Positions 15,935-24,000 of a stretch of DNA of 24,000 bases are shown one piece after another. Numbering within the stretch: the stretch's first letter is position 1; each line of letters starts with the position of its first letter. The DNA is from Candidatus Calditenuis fumarioli (GTDB lineage Archaea; Thermoproteota; Nitrososphaeria_A; Caldarchaeales; Calditenuaceae). The notes beneath the pieces were generated by a model. The model was not told the origin of the DNA. It was given only the letters and a program-made list of their open reading frames with translations, and did not search any database. The translations under genes and the position numbers were made by a program. Where the stretch lies: assembly GCA_030059665.1 (NCBI GenBank), contig JANVYR010000001.1:832087-856086 (forward strand), read 5' to 3'.

Positions 15935-17188
15935 TTGGAGAGCAGGCGGATCGAGAAACTGAGGGCGAGGGTCGTCTTCGACAGCAGGGGGGACAAGACG
16001 GTGGAGGTCGAGGTGACCGTTGACGGGTTCACCGCGAGGGCCGCCGCGCCCTCGGGGAAGAGCAGGGGTAAGAGGGAGGTCCAGCCCTTCGCGGAGGGAG
16101 GGGCAGAGGGCTCGGTCAGGGCGCTGACGGAGGCGTCGCGGAGGATCATCGGCGCGACCATGGACGACCCCCTTGCGGTCGACGTACTGCTCAGGGAGAT
16201 CGACGGGACCGAGGACTTCTCCCGCATCGGAGGGAACGCTGCCCTCGCCACCTCAGTGGCCGCGGCGATGGCATACGCCGGTTCCGGGGGCGTGCCGCTC
16301 TACCTGGCCCTCTCCAGGCACCTGGGGGTCGAACCCGGGATACCGCTGCCGCTCTCGAACGTTCTGGGCGGAGGCGCGCACGCCGGATCTGGGGCTCCCG
16401 AGTTCCAGGAGTACCTGCTGGTGCCGGTGGGCGCGAAGAGCGCGATGCAGGCCATCGAGGCCAACGTGCTCGCCTACAGGAAGCTGGGCAGGCTCCTCTC
16501 CCAGGAGGTGCGCGGCTACCCGCTCGGGAAGGGCGACGAGGGAGGGTACGCTCCGCCGATCAGCAACAGGAAGGCGCTGGAGCTGGTGGCCAGGGCCGCA
16601 CAGGAGGGCTCCGACGAGACCGGGGTCCGGATAGCCGTAGGGCTCGACGTGGCCGGAAGCAACGTCCTCGACCCCAAATCCGGAAGGTACGCGCTCAGGT
16701 CCGACGGCCTCTACCTCACCGGCGAGGAGATGGTCTCCTTCATCGGAGAGCTCGTGGACAGGTACGGGATCGTCTACGTCGAGGACCCCTTCGCCGAGGA
16801 CTCGCCCGAGCTCTTCGCGGATCTCCAGAGGTCCGTGCCGCGCGCCTTCGTCTGCGGTGACGACCTCGTGGTGACCAGACCGGACCTGATACGTTCTGCG
16901 ATGGAGAGGGGAGCGATCAGGGCTGCCATCATCAAGCCGAACCAGGTGGGCCTTCTATCCGTCGCTGCCGAGTCGGCACGGGTCTGCCATGGGCTCTCGG
17001 GTCTGCCCGTCGCGTCCCACAGGTCTGGCGAGACCACCGACGCTTACCTCTCCCACTTCGCCGTCGGGACCTGGTGTAGATTAATAAAATGCGGGCTGAT
17101 CGGGGGAGAGCGAATGGCGAAGCTCAACGAGCTGCTGAGGATCGGCGAGGAGTTGGGTGGTGGGAGGATGAGGGGGTTGAGCGGGTGA
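15935..17188 (+). CDS. eno: Enolase (divergent)
   Basis: VVFDSRGDKTVEVEV, GGGAHAGSGAPEFQEYLLVP, GKGDEGGYAP, GLDVAGS, VEDPFAEDS, CGDDLVVT, KPNQVG, ASHRSGETTDAYLSHFAVG, IKCG. Confidence 0.93.
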   Translation: MESRRIEKLRARVVFDSRGDKTVEVEVTVDGFTARAAAPSGKSRGKREVQPFAEGGAEGSVRALTEASRRIIGATMDDPLAVDVLLREIDGTEDFSRIGGNAALATSVAAAMAYAGSGGVPLYLALSRHLGVEPGIPLPLSNVLGGGAHAGSGAPEFQEYLLVPVGAKSAMQAIEANVLAYRKLGRLLSQEVRGYPLGKGDEGGYAPPISNRKALELVARAAQEGSDETGVRIAVGLDVAGSNVLDPKSGRYALRSDGLYLTGEEMVSFIGELVDRYGIVYVEDPFAEDSPELFADLQRSVPRAFVCGDDLVVTRPDLIRSAMERGAIRAAIIKPNQVGLLSVAAESARVCHGLSGLPVASHRSGETTDAYLSHFAVGTWCRLIKCGLIGGERMAKLNELLRIGEELGGGRMRGLSG

Positions 17189-17823
17189 TGTCGGACCTCG
17201 CGATCACGCCTGAGATGGAGGTCGCGGAGATTCTGGTGAGGTGCAACGCCCACATCGGCGCCAAGATCAAGGTGGCCCACATGGCGCGGTTCGTCTACAG
17301 GCAGCGGTCCGACGGTGTCCACCTCTTCGAGGTCAGGAGGATCCTCGAGCGGCTCAACCTCGCCGCGCGGCTCATCTCGCTCTACCCGCCGGAGAAGACG
17401 CTGGCGGTCTCCACGCACGTCTACGGCACCAGGGCAGTTCTCAGGTTCGCGGAGGTGACGGGGGCACGCGCGGTGGCCGGCAAGATACCGGCAGGGATGC
17501 TGACGAACAGGGAGCTCCGCTACTACGTCGAGCCGGAGATCGTGGTCGTCTCGGACCCGAGGTTCGATGCCCAGATCGTGAACGAGGCCAAGATCGCGAA
17601 GATCCCCGTGATAGCGATGTGCAGCACCGACAACACAACATCGAACGTCGACCTGGTTATCCCGATCAACAACAGGGGCAGGCACTCGCTGCCCTTCGCC
17701 TTCTGGTACCTGGCGAGGAGGGTCCTGATAGAGCGCGGTCAGGCGACGCCGGAGCTGCTCTCCTCGATCACGCTCGATCAGTTCGTGACCCACGGCGCGA
17801 CCGAGGAGGCAACCGAGGAGTGA
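17188..17823 (+). CDS. rps2: Small ribosomal subunit protein uS2
   Basis: NAHIGAKIKVAHMARFVYRQRSDGVHLFEVRRILERL...RAVAGKIPAGMLTN...VVVSDPRFDAQIVNEAKIAKIPVIAMCSTDNTTSNVDLVIPINNRGRHSL. ATG overlaps enolase stop (TGATG). Confidence 0.96.
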   Translation: MSDLAITPEMEVAEILVRCNAHIGAKIKVAHMARFVYRQRSDGVHLFEVRRILERLNLAARLISLYPPEKTLAVSTHVYGTRAVLRFAEVTGARAVAGKIPAGMLTNRELRYYVEPEIVVVSDPRFDAQIVNEAKIAKIPVIAMCSTDNTTSNVDLVIPINNRGRHSLPFAFWYLARRVLIERGQATPELLSSITLDQFVTHGATEEATEE

Positions 17824-20371
17824 GCACAAGGTACGGGACCGCCCAGACTGCCAGCGATAGCGCGACGATGGCGTAGAGGCCGTCGGAGGTCGTCAGGACG
17901 GCCCCGTTCTCCCAGGGCTCCAGAACCGCCGAACCGCCTGGAACGAGGATCGCCTTTTCGCGATCGCCCACAACCGTGAGCTCGGCAACGCCGTCCCATC
18001 CCGTGACGGAGTAGGACTCGACGACGCCTGCATCGTTGACCAGCCTGACATCCACACCCGGTGCGGGTAGGCCCAGAGCGTCCCTCACCAGCACCCTGAC
18101 GGTCCTGACCCGCAGGGGAACGAGGTAGTCTCCGCCGCCGAGCGGTGTCACCTGAACGTCTCCCTCCGTCTGGAGCGATCCCCTCCAGCTGACGCCCCTC
18201 ACCTTCCAGACCTCTGGTAGGAGCACCTGGGAGCCCTGAGCGACCTCGATCCTCAACCCGTTGGCCTCCACGACCACCGAGGAATCCGCCGGCCCGCCAA
18301 CCGAGACCCTCACCCTCTCGAGGAGCAGCACGCTCCCGGCCTCCACCTTCACAGGCCCTCTGACGACCACGCGCATTACCTCGGTTCCGAGCGAGACCAG
18401 CGCAAGCCTCCCGTCGGACTCCACGATCGCCTCCCGCGGAACGATCAGGAGCTCTCCGTCCCTCACCCAGAGCTCCCTGCTCCCCAGAGGCCCCATCTCG
18501 AGGAGGACCCTGTGCTGAAGCAGCCAGTTGGCCGACGCGACCAGCGGCCGCTCCACCTGGACCCGCAGGGTGCGCTCATCGGAGGCGACGTCACCGGACC
18601 AGCCGACGAAGACGTACCTCGATCCCTCGGAGGCCTCGTGGTGTTCGGGGACCGAGAGGGTGACGACCGAGCCGGCGTCCGCCCACAGTTCACCGGAGTA
18701 GGCCGTGACCTCCGACCTGACCTCGACCAGGTACTGGACGGCGTACCGTGCCAGAGCCGTCAGGGGCCGATCCACCCTAACGACCGTGACCGGCGATGAG
18801 GGGGCGACGTCACCAGCCCACGACCTGAACGCCAACCTGGTCCTGTTGCCGAGGTCCACCAGCTCCTCCGCCCTCAGCTCCAGCTCCGAGCCCTCCTCAG
18901 CCCAGAGCTCGGTGACCTTCCCGATGGGTTCGCGAACCACCCTCACCAGGTGCTCCCTCGCCCACACCAGCCGGAGCTCCATCGGCCCGCTCACCTCGAC
19001 GGACTCGACCGGTTGGCCGCCGACGTCGAAGCCCCTGGCGCTGAGCCTCGTTCCGTTTCCGAAGTCGACGACCGTCCTCCCAACGACCTCGCGGTAGCTC
19101 ACCCTGCTGCCCTCGTCGATCCAAAGGGAGAGCTCCCCGTCGAGCGCCGCGATCCTGAGGAGGTGCTGCCTCACGTAGACCGCCTGAGCCGAGATCGGGG
19201 AGTCCACGACGATCTCGACCGACCCGTCCACCACGTTCCCCGGGCCATCCCACCTGACGAACCGGAGCCGTGTGCCGTTGTTGAAGTCGATCACCTCGTC
19301 AATCCGGACCGAGATCCTCGTGCCCCTGTCGAACCAGCCCGAGACCGGGTCGACGGGCCGCTCCACCCTCACGAAGAACTGCGTGACGTACCTCTGAACC
19401 ACCGTTACGTGGTCTTTCGGCCTCAGGGTGGTCCTCGCATCGCCCGATATCCTCCTCCCCGACTCGTCCCACCAGCCCTCGAACCTGAACCTGATTCCGG
19501 CCGCGTCGGTGGGGTAGATCAGCCCTTCCGCGGTGAGCTCGACGCTCCCACCGGCCTCTACCAGGATCGTCCTCAGCGTGACGGGAGGGCCGTCGTCGAT
19601 CTGCCTGAGTATCGTCACCCTCATCCTGATCGGCAGGCCGTTGACGTCGAGCAGGTAACGGTACGGGATCGAGGCCGGAAGCTCGACCGATGATGGCACG
19701 TCTCCGGTGCCGCCGCGGAGCCAGGAGTAGGCCACGGCCAGCGCGTAAAGGTTCAGCGTGGAGGGCCTGGAACCCCTGACGACGTAGGGATACATCAGGT
19801 CCTGGGAGTTGTCGGTGTGGTCGAGGCCAAGAGCGTGGCCGAACTCGTGCGACGAGACCACCCTCACCAGCTCCATGTCGGAACCGACGCACCGGAGCGA
19901 TATCTGGACCCTCGCCGAGACGATCTCGTCCCCGTCTCCGTTCAGGTAGGTGACGCCGCAGATCCTGCTGCCGAGGTCGCCGGCGAAGGAGACCGTTATG
20001 TCGCCGGAGGTCCCGTTGACGCCCCTGATCAGCGTGACGATCGAGAGCCTGTCGAGGTGTTCGTTGCCGTAGAGCGCCGTGAAGACGCGTATCGCCCTTC
20101 CCCACCACCTTATCCCCTCGAGGGCGTTGAGGTTGTGGGCGTCGGACGTGTGGGGCTCGAGCAACACGGTGAGCGTCGACTTCCTCCAGGAGCCGATCAG
20201 GTCTATGCGTGACGTCGAAGAGGCCTCGAGCTGGACCTGGGCCCCTTCCTCGTAGAGGACCCTCACCGCCGTCCACGGACTCCCCTGCGGGCGCTCCCCT
20301 GACGCGAGGGCCGGCAACGGGACCGTCAGGATCAGCAGCACCAGCAACGCCAACCTACGGCCCAAGCTCAC
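17768..20371 (-). CDS. Secreted, membrane-anchored matrixin-like zinc metalloprotease with tandem extracellular repeats
   Basis: Signal-like VSLGRRLALLVLLILTVPLPALAS after GTG 20371; zincin motif HEFGHALGLDH (19817-19849) with Met-turn-like DLMYP; tandem ...SWAGD...VDRPLTALARY... units; C-terminal hydrophobic helix LYAIVALSLAVWAVPYLVLTPRL then RRGSR. Confidence 0.8.
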   Translation of the reverse strand: MSLGRRLALLVLLILTVPLPALASGERPQGSPWTAVRVLYEEGAQVQLEASSTSRIDLIGSWRKSTLTVLLEPHTSDAHNLNALEGIRWWGRAIRVFTALYGNEHLDRLSIVTLIRGVNGTSGDITVSFAGDLGSRICGVTYLNGDGDEIVSARVQISLRCVGSDMELVRVVSSHEFGHALGLDHTDNSQDLMYPYVVRGSRPSTLNLYALAVAYSWLRGGTGDVPSSVELPASIPYRYLLDVNGLPIRMRVTILRQIDDGPPVTLRTILVEAGGSVELTAEGLIYPTDAAGIRFRFEGWWDESGRRISGDARTTLRPKDHVTVVQRYVTQFFVRVERPVDPVSGWFDRGTRISVRIDEVIDFNNGTRLRFVRWDGPGNVVDGSVEIVVDSPISAQAVYVRQHLLRIAALDGELSLWIDEGSRVSYREVVGRTVVDFGNGTRLSARGFDVGGQPVESVEVSGPMELRLVWAREHLVRVVREPIGKVTELWAEEGSELELRAEELVDLGNRTRLAFRSWAGDVAPSSPVTVVRVDRPLTALARYAVQYLVEVRSEVTAYSGELWADAGSVVTLSVPEHHEASEGSRYVFVGWSGDVASDERTLRVQVERPLVASANWLLQHRVLLEMGPLGSRELWVRDGELLIVPREAIVESDGRLALVSLGTEVMRVVVRGPVKVEAGSVLLLERVRVSVGGPADSSVVVEANGLRIEVAQGSQVLLPEVWKVRGVSWRGSLQTEGDVQVTPLGGGDYLVPLRVRTVRVLVRDALGLPAPGVDVRLVNDAGVVESYSVTGWDGVAELTVVGDREKAILVPGGSAVLEPWENGAVLTTSDGLYAIVALSLAVWAVPYLVLTPRLPPRSRRGSRTDRA
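18400..19400 (-). repeat. Tandem protein-level repeats (~75-90 aa) in the metalloprotease stalk (approximate bounds)
   Basis: Recurring pattern: (Y/H)(F/L)V-V-----G-LW-D-GS-V-L---E--D-GN-TRL-F--W-GD---------V-V-RPL-A-A-Y; seen in at least four copies with weak identity. Confidence 0.55.
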
Positions 20372-20483
20372 CCACCGGCCCAACACCCGGGTGATAAGCG
20401 ATTCCGCTGCTGACGCTTCGAGGTCCTGTGGCGGGCTCAGCTGAACGGTTATCCGGTAGGCCTCCGGCTCGGCCTGGAGGGGA

Positions 20484-21152
20484 TTGCGGCTCGCGGTCTC
20501 GTGGAGCACCGGCAAGGACAGCGCCATGGCGCTCCACAGAGTCCTCTCATCGGGGAGGCATCGGGTCGTCTGTCTGCTGACGACGCTGACCGAGGGCTAC
20601 GGTAGGGTCACGATGCACGGCGTGAGGCGGGAGCTGCTCCACGCGCAGGCCTCCTCCCTGGGCCTCGAGGTCTTCGAGGTCTGGATACCTCCGAACGCTC
20701 CGAACGAGGTCTACGAGGAGAGGATGGGCAGGGCCCTCGCCGAGCTCTCGCGCAGGTACGGAGTTGAGGGCGTCGTCTTCGGCGACATATGGCTGGAGGA
20801 CGTCAGGAGGTACCGGGAGGAGAGGATGCGGGACACGGGGATCGAGCCCCTCTTCCCCCTATGGGGAGAGGACCCGCTCGGGTTGGTGGAGGAGTTCCTT
20901 CGGCTCGGATACAGGGCGTTGGTCGCCGTGGTCGATGCGGATCGACTGGACCCATCGAGGTTCCTGGGAAGGACGCTCACGCTGGAGCTCCTCGAGGAGC
21001 TGAGGGAGGTCTCTGACCCCGCAGGGGAGAGGGGAGAGTACCACACCTTCGTCTTCGACGGCCCGGTCTTCTCCCAACCCGTCGCGTTCAGGACGGGTGA
21101 GGTCGTTGTCCGGGACGGGCGATTTCACTTCATCGATCTGCTTCCAGCCTGA
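20484..21152 (+). CDS. Dph6/DUF71-like adenine nucleotide alpha hydrolase (diphthine-ammonia ligase family)
   Basis: PP-loop-like AVSWSTGKDSAMALHRVL; VEGVVFGDIWLEDVRRYREE; EPLFPLWG; ERGEYHTFVFDGPVF. TTG start preceded by GGAGGGG. Confidence 0.82.
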   Translation: MRLAVSWSTGKDSAMALHRVLSSGRHRVVCLLTTLTEGYGRVTMHGVRRELLHAQASSLGLEVFEVWIPPNAPNEVYEERMGRALAELSRRYGVEGVVFGDIWLEDVRRYREERMRDTGIEPLFPLWGEDPLGLVEEFLRLGYRALVAVVDADRLDPSRFLGRTLTLELLEELREVSDPAGERGEYHTFVFDGPVFSQPVAFRTGEVVVRDGRFHFIDLLPA

Positions 21153-22338
21153 TCCCTCCTCTCCTCAGGTCGGCCGCGTACTTCCTTCCGTGCCACTCGA
21201 CCCTCGCCTTCCCCCTCACCGTCCACGCGGTGACCCTGATGAGGGCCGACAGGATGACGAGGTGGGCCACCGGTGCAGCCAGCGCGTAGACCGCCCTCTC
21301 ACCGATGCGCCTCAGGTACACCGCCTGAGCTACCAGCGAGGCGAGGATGGGGGAGAGGCACAGGCCGACCGTCACCGGATGGGATGCCAGGACCACCGCC
21401 ATCAACGGGAGCGCCGTCGGCCCTCCGAGGAAGACCAGCCCTCCGGCGAGGTACTTGGAGAGCCTACCGACGGGCCTACCGTTCCTCGAGGCCTCGTCCA
21501 GCGCGTACTGCGTGAAGAGCCTGATCAGGCCCCCGAAGTGGTCCCTGAGGCCTCCGGCGAACTCCGCCTCGTATCTGTCCGATGCGTCGAGCAGCGCGGT
21601 CCTCCTGCCCTTCGACTTCAGCAGCTCCCCCAACGCCTTGTCGTCCAGCAGCTCGCCCCTCACCGCCGCGTGACCTCCCACCGACTCGTAGGCCTCCCTC
21701 CTGACGGCGATGAACGCTCCGAAGAAGAAGGCCAGCCTCTCCCTCGGATCGTTCGACTTGCTGGGAGGAGCCAGGAGGTACATCAGCATCAGCAGCGCAG
21801 GGAGCATCACCTTCGACGCGAGGGTACGGGTGCTGAGCCTCGGTATCAGCGAGAGCGCGTCGAGGCCCTCTGAGGAGGCCGCGTCGAGGGCGTTCTGCAG
21901 CAGCCTCCGGTCCTTCAGCCTCACGTCGGCGTCGAGGAAGACCAGCCAGTCCCCGCGTGAGTTCAGGTATCCCACGTGGCACGCCCACGTCTTCCCCATC
22001 CAGCCCTCCGGCGTCCTGGGAGGGAGCACGTAAACAACGCCGCTTCGCAGGTACCGCGAGACGATTCGCTCCGTCCCGTCGGTCGAGTGGTCGTCCACCA
22101 CGATCAGCTCCATCGCGACGCCCTCCTGAGCCAGCAGCGATTCGAGCGTCTTTCCGAGCACGCTGGCCTCGTTCCGCGCCGGGACGATCACCGAGACCGT
22201 CGTGCTTTTCGAGCCGTCGCCTGAACCGGTGAGTTTCGGGACGCGGCCGAGGTTCCTCAGGGATAGGGCCAGAGCTCCCGCCCATGCGATCGCCACCAGC
22301 AGCGAGAACGCGGCCAATGCCAGCTCCTCCGCCCTCAT
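21130..22338 (-). CDS. Glycosyltransferase family 2, membrane-associated
   Basis: VSVIVPARNEASVLGKTLESLLAQ, ELIVVDDHSTDGT, GWMGKTWACHVGYLNSRGDWLVFLDADVRL, C-terminal hydrophobic helices; ATG at 22338 (22410 also possible). Confidence 0.88.
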   Translation of the reverse strand: MRAEELALAAFSLLVAIAWAGALALSLRNLGRVPKLTGSGDGSKSTTVSVIVPARNEASVLGKTLESLLAQEGVAMELIVVDDHSTDGTERIVSRYLRSGVVYVLPPRTPEGWMGKTWACHVGYLNSRGDWLVFLDADVRLKDRRLLQNALDAASSEGLDALSLIPRLSTRTLASKVMLPALLMLMYLLAPPSKSNDPRERLAFFFGAFIAVRREAYESVGGHAAVRGELLDDKALGELLKSKGRRTALLDASDRYEAEFAGGLRDHFGGLIRLFTQYALDEASRNGRPVGRLSKYLAGGLVFLGGPTALPLMAVVLASHPVTVGLCLSPILASLVAQAVYLRRIGERAVYALAAPVAHLVILSALIRVTAWTVRGKARVEWHGRKYAADLRRGGIRLEADR

Positions 22339-22393
22339 CCGGCCCCACGCCCGGAGGCCCGGATTTTGAGGTGAGCCGAGGCCCAAAGGCAAT

Positions 22394-23065
22394 GTGCTCC
22401 ATACGTTCATATCCGCCGAAGGGGTCCGCGAGGCGGTGCTGAGGATACACGGCAGGGGCCTCAGGGTGGGCGTGGTGCTGAGGGACCCCGCGACCGCCAG
22501 CAGGGTCATCGAGGCCGCGCGATCCCACGGCTTCAGGCCCTTCTGGGCGCTCTCGCCAGAGGAGCTGCCCCTGGACGTCGAGGTGGTCCTGCACGACGGC
22601 TCCTACCCGGCACAGCGGAGCATCGCCTCCCTGGAGCTGCGGGGAGGTGAGGACCCGGAGGAGGCCCTGCTCAGGGCCCTCTCGCTCTACGCGTCCCGCA
22701 GGCCCGGAGGGCTTGAGGTCGCCGTGGATCCGGGAATCAGGACGGGTGCGGTCTTCGTGAAGGGCGGCTTCCTCCTCTGCTCAGGCGTCTTCAGCGGCCC
22801 GGGCGAGCTGCTGGACGCCATCAGGTCCGTCTCAAGGGCTGTCGGTGAGGAGCCCCGGGCGATCTACGTCGGCATGACCTCCGCACCGCCGCCGTTGGAG
22901 CTTGTCGAGGAGCTGAAGCGCGCCTTCCCCCGAGCGAGGATCGAGATGGTCCCCGAGGGGCCGATGAGGGACCTGAGGGTGCCTGAAGACCTGAAGGGCG
23001 ACGAGCTGGACGCCTACTTCATCTACCTCAGGGCGGTCACGTGGGGAGCCCAGACCGAGCCCTGA
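22394..23065 (+). CDS. Uncharacterised protein, possible RNase H/RuvC-like fold
   Basis: GTG start (alternative GTG 22436); LEVAVDPGIRTGAVFVKG ... IYVG ... KGDELDAYFIYLRA resembles the distribution of acidic residues in RuvC-like nucleases. Confidence 0.6.
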   Translation: MLHTFISAEGVREAVLRIHGRGLRVGVVLRDPATASRVIEAARSHGFRPFWALSPEELPLDVEVVLHDGSYPAQRSIASLELRGGEDPEEALLRALSLYASRRPGGLEVAVDPGIRTGAVFVKGGFLLCSGVFSGPGELLDAIRSVSRAVGEEPRAIYVGMTSAPPPLELVEELKRAFPRARIEMVPEGPMRDLRVPEDLKGDELDAYFIYLRAVTWGAQTEP

Positions 23066-24000
23066 TCAGGGCGGCTTGATCCCGTCCCTCATGCGCCTGC
23101 CGATGGAGGACTCGACGCCGTAGACGGCCTGGTAGTGTCCCCTGAGCTCAGAGGTCAACTCGTCCGGCGGAACTATCGAGACCCGCACTATCAGGTCCCC
23201 CCTTCCTCCGTCCCTCCCCCACCATCCCCTTCCCCTGATCGCGAACCTCTGACCCGATCTGGTTCCCGGCGGTATCCTGACGGTGATGGGGCCGTCGAAG
23301 GACTCGAACCTCACCTCTGTCCCGAGGACCGCCTCGCTCGGGGTTATCGGCACCCTCACGTGGACGTCCTGGCCGACCTTACGGAAGTGCTTGCCGCCGT
23401 CGATCCGCAGCAGAAGCCTCAGGTTCCCCACCTCCCTGTCCCGGACCTCGATCAGCTGGCCGTCCTCGACGATCCTCGGTATCCTCACCTCCACCTCCCG
23501 GTTCAGCCGGACCACTCCCCTCCCCGCGCAGACCGAGCAGGCCTTCTCGACCACCTTTCCCCTGCCCATGCAGGACCTGCAGGTGGTGACCGTCGTCATG
23601 AAGACGCCCGCCGATACCCTGCGGTAGACGACCTGTCCGGAGCCGTTGCAGTCCCTGCAGACCCTCAGGTGTCCCGGCTCGGCACCGGTACCGTTGCACC
23701 GCGCGCAGACCTCCTCGACTGGGACCGTCAGCCTCACCCTGCCTCCGTTGAAGGCCTCCCTCATCCCGACCGTCACCTCGTAGACCCGCTCCTGCCTCAC
23801 CTCACCGCCGAAGCCCGTCCACCCGAAACCGATGTCCCTGAAGAGCCGCTCGAAGAGCGAGTCGAAGGCCCCGAACCCGAGGTCCCTCAGGACCTCCTCT
23901 ATGTCCCTCCAGCTGGACCTGAATGCCTCCCGCTGGAACTCCTGCTGGGATGCGTACTGCCCGGAGAGGCCCTCGTGGCCGTAGAGGTCGTAGAGCCTCC
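23066..24000 (-). CDS. dnaJ: Chaperone DnaJ (Hsp40), N-terminal J-domain truncated by window end
   Basis: Four zinc-finger repeats CARCNGTG, CRDCNGSG, CRSCMGRG, CSVCAGRG; GPITVRIPPGTRSGQRFAIRGRG. Frame stays open to 24000 (RLYDLYGHEGLSGQYAS... then FGAFDSLFERLFRDIGFGW), so the 23800 start in the ORF track is not real. Confidence 0.94.
   Translation of the reverse strand, partial: RLYDLYGHEGLSGQYASQQEFQREAFRSSWRDIEEVLRDLGFGAFDSLFERLFRDIGFGWTGFGGEVRQERVYEVTVGMREAFNGGRVRLTVPVEEVCARCNGTGAEPGHLRVCRDCNGSGQVVYRRVSAGVFMTTVTTCRSCMGRGKVVEKACSVCAGRGVVRLNREVEVRIPRIVEDGQLIEVRDREVGNLRLLLRIDGGKHFRKVGQDVHVRVPITPSEAVLGTEVRFESFDGPITVRIPPGTRSGQRFAIRGRGWWGRDGGRGDLIVRVSIVPPDELTSELRGHYQAVYGVESSIGRRMRDGIKPP

Noticed and set aside
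21476-22594. 372-aa minus-strand ORF in another frame of the glycosyltransferase gene
   Set aside because: Arg/Gly-rich out-of-frame translation of the GT2 gene; GT2 motifs are clear in the other frame.
1-24000. CRISPR arrays, transposons, toxin-antitoxin or phage-defence islands
   Set aside because: No spaced direct repeats, transposase motifs, cas genes or defence-family motifs were seen; gene content is mainly biosynthetic and translational.

Overview
High-GC archaeal chromosomal segment, mostly densely packed housekeeping genes. Left to right: an uncharacterised ORF; a lipoate block (lpdA-like, lipB, lipA); a two-domain glyoxalase/VOC protein; a long minus-strand operon for archaeal-type aromatic amino acid biosynthesis (asd - ADH synthase - DHQ synthase II - aroD - aroE - aroA - aroC); a MaoC-like hydratase; a leucine-type tRNA with extra internal sequence; leuB-like and ilvD; an rps9-rpoN-eno-rps2 block; a secreted, membrane-anchored matrixin-like metalloprotease with tandem repeats; a Dph6/DUF71-like ATPase; a GT2 glycosyltransferase; an uncharacterised possible RNase H/RuvC-fold protein; and dnaJ, which runs off the window. 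The most interesting observation is between maoC and asd. Downstream of a strong TATA box there is an unannotated 22-codon ORF with its own Shine-Dalgarno, encoding MGRVNLLGFAFTAYTYFYFWEG* (8 Phe/Tyr/Trp in the 12-residue run F9-W20), placed just upstream of the asd-aro operon. It is enclosed by a 12-bp perfect inverted repeat. A second 7-bp inverted repeat begins directly after the Trp codon and spans the stop codon. Two CCTCC segments can alternatively pair with the asd Shine-Dalgarno. This looks like a leader-peptide attenuator, probably acting on translation, for aromatic amino acid synthesis in an archaeon. All function assignments come from reading motifs by eye; no database search or RNA folding was run.
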